From Chiloscyllium plagiosum (Eukaryota), in assembly GCF_004010195.1 (NCBI RefSeq), contig NC_057719.1:56684606-56748605 (forward strand): a DNA stretch of 64,000 bases, given 5' to 3'. Positions 61,744-64,000 of this stretch are shown here, piece by piece; positions within the stretch are counted from its first letter, which is position 1; each line of letters begins with the position of its first letter. The position numbers and the translations under genes are program-made. The notes below the pieces were generated by a model, which saw only the letters and a program-made list of their open reading frames with translations, made no database searches and had not been told where the DNA came from.

Positions 61744-64000
61744 CTGAGATTTGAGTTAAGTATAAACAGACCAATTAAAGCAGTATACTAAATTCAAAGC
61801 AGTCAATTGTACACTTTAATCATTGCTAGAAACTTGTGTTTCTGTCATAAGAAATGTTTGGAGGAGTCCTGGCTTGGTACCTTAGTAGAATTTACAATTG
61901 GAATTATTGAATTGTATTATCCCACGCTCGGTGGTTAAACGTAACCCCGGAGCAGACTCACCGAACTGGAGACTTTTCCAGCTGACATAACAGCAGAGCA
62001 AGGCTAAAAAACACATTCCATTCTGGTTACATACAGATAAGAAGATTCACACGGGGAGGTGTGTAATAAGATTCACACGGGACTAAGCAACACCTCCATT
62101 CCGGTTAGATTCACACATGTATTGGGACACAATTTTTAACCGTTTCACCACAATTGTATTATATTTTCATATTCTCTCGTTAATGCATTTCAATCTTCAA
62201 GAAGGGAAGCTATCCCTTTTTGTACTCTTTAACAGGTATGTGGAGGCACAGAAAAGACTAAGGAAAATGAGGAATTTCAATTAATGAATGGCAGAGTTAT
62301 ATTGCTAGCGTTTGAGATTCTGTATTACAACTGACAATCGCAGTCCTCAGACTAATTAATAAGGCTTCTCTGACTAATAGTTAATAGCCCTGTGAAATTG
62401 TATAAGTTACTTAGCAATCAAATAATGAAAGGGGGCAGTATTATTTTGGTAGATTTAGTAACTAGAACTTAATAAATTGCTTAAATTCATTTTAGTTGAG
62501 GAAAACTGAGATCACAAAGGAATCTATATTCCACTTTCCCCAATCTCAAAATTTAGCTGTGAAAATAATCAAGCACACTAGTCACGAAAACAGAAGTACA
62601 GGTCAAATAGCTTTATAACTGTAGTGCTAATTTGCATAGCAAGCATTATAAGTACACACAGTCCCTGGAAGCACAATGCAGTTCAATATAAAACAACTGG
62701 TCGGAGGTAAGGAAAGGTTCATATGTCGGGTGTTTAAAATTCAACTCCCGTATTGGATTGCATTCACAAGCACTAGTGTTTATAAGTTGGACGTTTGCTA
62801 AATTGGGGACCATCTATTAACTTTTGTAAAATAACCTTCTGTCATAATTCTGTCATAAATATGGGGACAACAGTAATATACGATAACTTCCTTTTCTGTT
62901 GCATGAAGATAGAAAGTTACTTAGTATCACGTTGTGTAGAATCCAAACATCAGCCAGCAGCTTATTGCAGCAGCTCATATTTTTTCTGTGAAATAGTGGA
63001 AAATGATAGCTTTAAATTAAGATACCCTTATACCTGAAACAAAGCTAACAGGGACAAGTTAGGTTCCACTAAAATACAGAAGGCAACATGCTGTTACAAA
63101 GGGTTTAAGCTTTTTTTAATATATAAACAAGTCGCCTACAGTTAGAAAGTATTTCAAATATTCAAATCAACAGCTGTGCAATAGGCAGTAACTTTGGAAC
63201 TGCAGATAATAAATTACAATTTGCTGACTTCATGGCTTGTAGCAGATGCTTTAAGAAATGTGTTAAATAACATACCACAATTTTTTTTTCCACATTGATT
63301 TTGTTTGCAAAACCATTTGTAAACATTGAATAACACTATAATGTTAAGAAGGTTGGAGTTGGGAATGGGAAGCAACAATGTGTTAAGAGTTTGTACAATG
63401 AATTTTTAAATATGGAAACTGGAACTTGCTGAGATCATGTAGATATCTTAAAAATTACTGGTATTTAATGTAAGGGATACATGGGGTCAAATTAACTGAT
63501 TACAGAAGCTGCATTCCAGAAACATCAATTTTGGACCAAAATTGTTCTTTTTTAAAATAAATATCATCAGCTTTTAAAAGATAGTGCAGATATTAGTTTA
63601 TATTCACTTCATTACGCCACAGGTTCAACTGATACCATGATGGTTTTTCAAATAAAATACATGCAACTATCACAAAGAACTTATGGTTTTTACATAGGCA
63701 ATTATTAAAACAAATTTGAGGATTGAACTCAATAATGGTGCAACAGATTTTGTTTATAGTCTGCTTCATTATTAATTACAGAACAATATCAAATTGCTGG
63801 TTCTATTTATTGTAAACTATTTAGATTTATTCTGCACTTTTCATAACATAGCATTCTCTCTGCAGTAAATAAAAAAAAGCTCCACATAAGTAATATCATG
63901 ACTCAAGTCAACAGCCAACTCCCAGTCTGAAACAAGTACACTGAAATCAGAAGATGCAAGACAATCTCTCATAGCTTTCTGTTAAATCACTCTGAAAATA

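Noticed and set aside
63471..63480. GTATCCCTT on minus strand as the U12 donor
   Set aside because: The preceding sequence does not translate to RALGAPA1; the upstream exon appears to lie beyond the window.

Overview
Vertebrate genomic DNA, most likely from a shark (inferred from HE1-type V-SINEs and abundant CR1/HER1-like LINEs). Two genes converge tail to tail. One is an intronless INSM-family zinc-finger gene on + (12461-13873, called INSM2 from its C-terminus and linkage to RALGAPA1). The other is the 3' end of RALGAPA1 on -: a coding exon at 61619-61743, a 31-nt stop-containing alternative micro-exon at 60859-60889 and a terminal exon at 35556-35704 plus 3' UTR. The rest is mostly decayed retroelements (CR1, RTE, L2, Penelope-like, Gypsy gag, SINEs) and one long-TIR foldback element. 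The most striking signal is a set of short, mostly non-coding Penelope-derived insertions. Several are palindromic, are flanked by 9-17 bp direct repeats, and carry minimal hammerhead-ribozyme cores in at least four sequence families. One lies in the probable INSM2 3' UTR. A likely U12-type acceptor, a QKI/RBFOX motif cluster and an exonic RE1-like site are also visible. All calls were made by eye and from recalled family knowledge, with no database searches; repeat boundaries are approximate.
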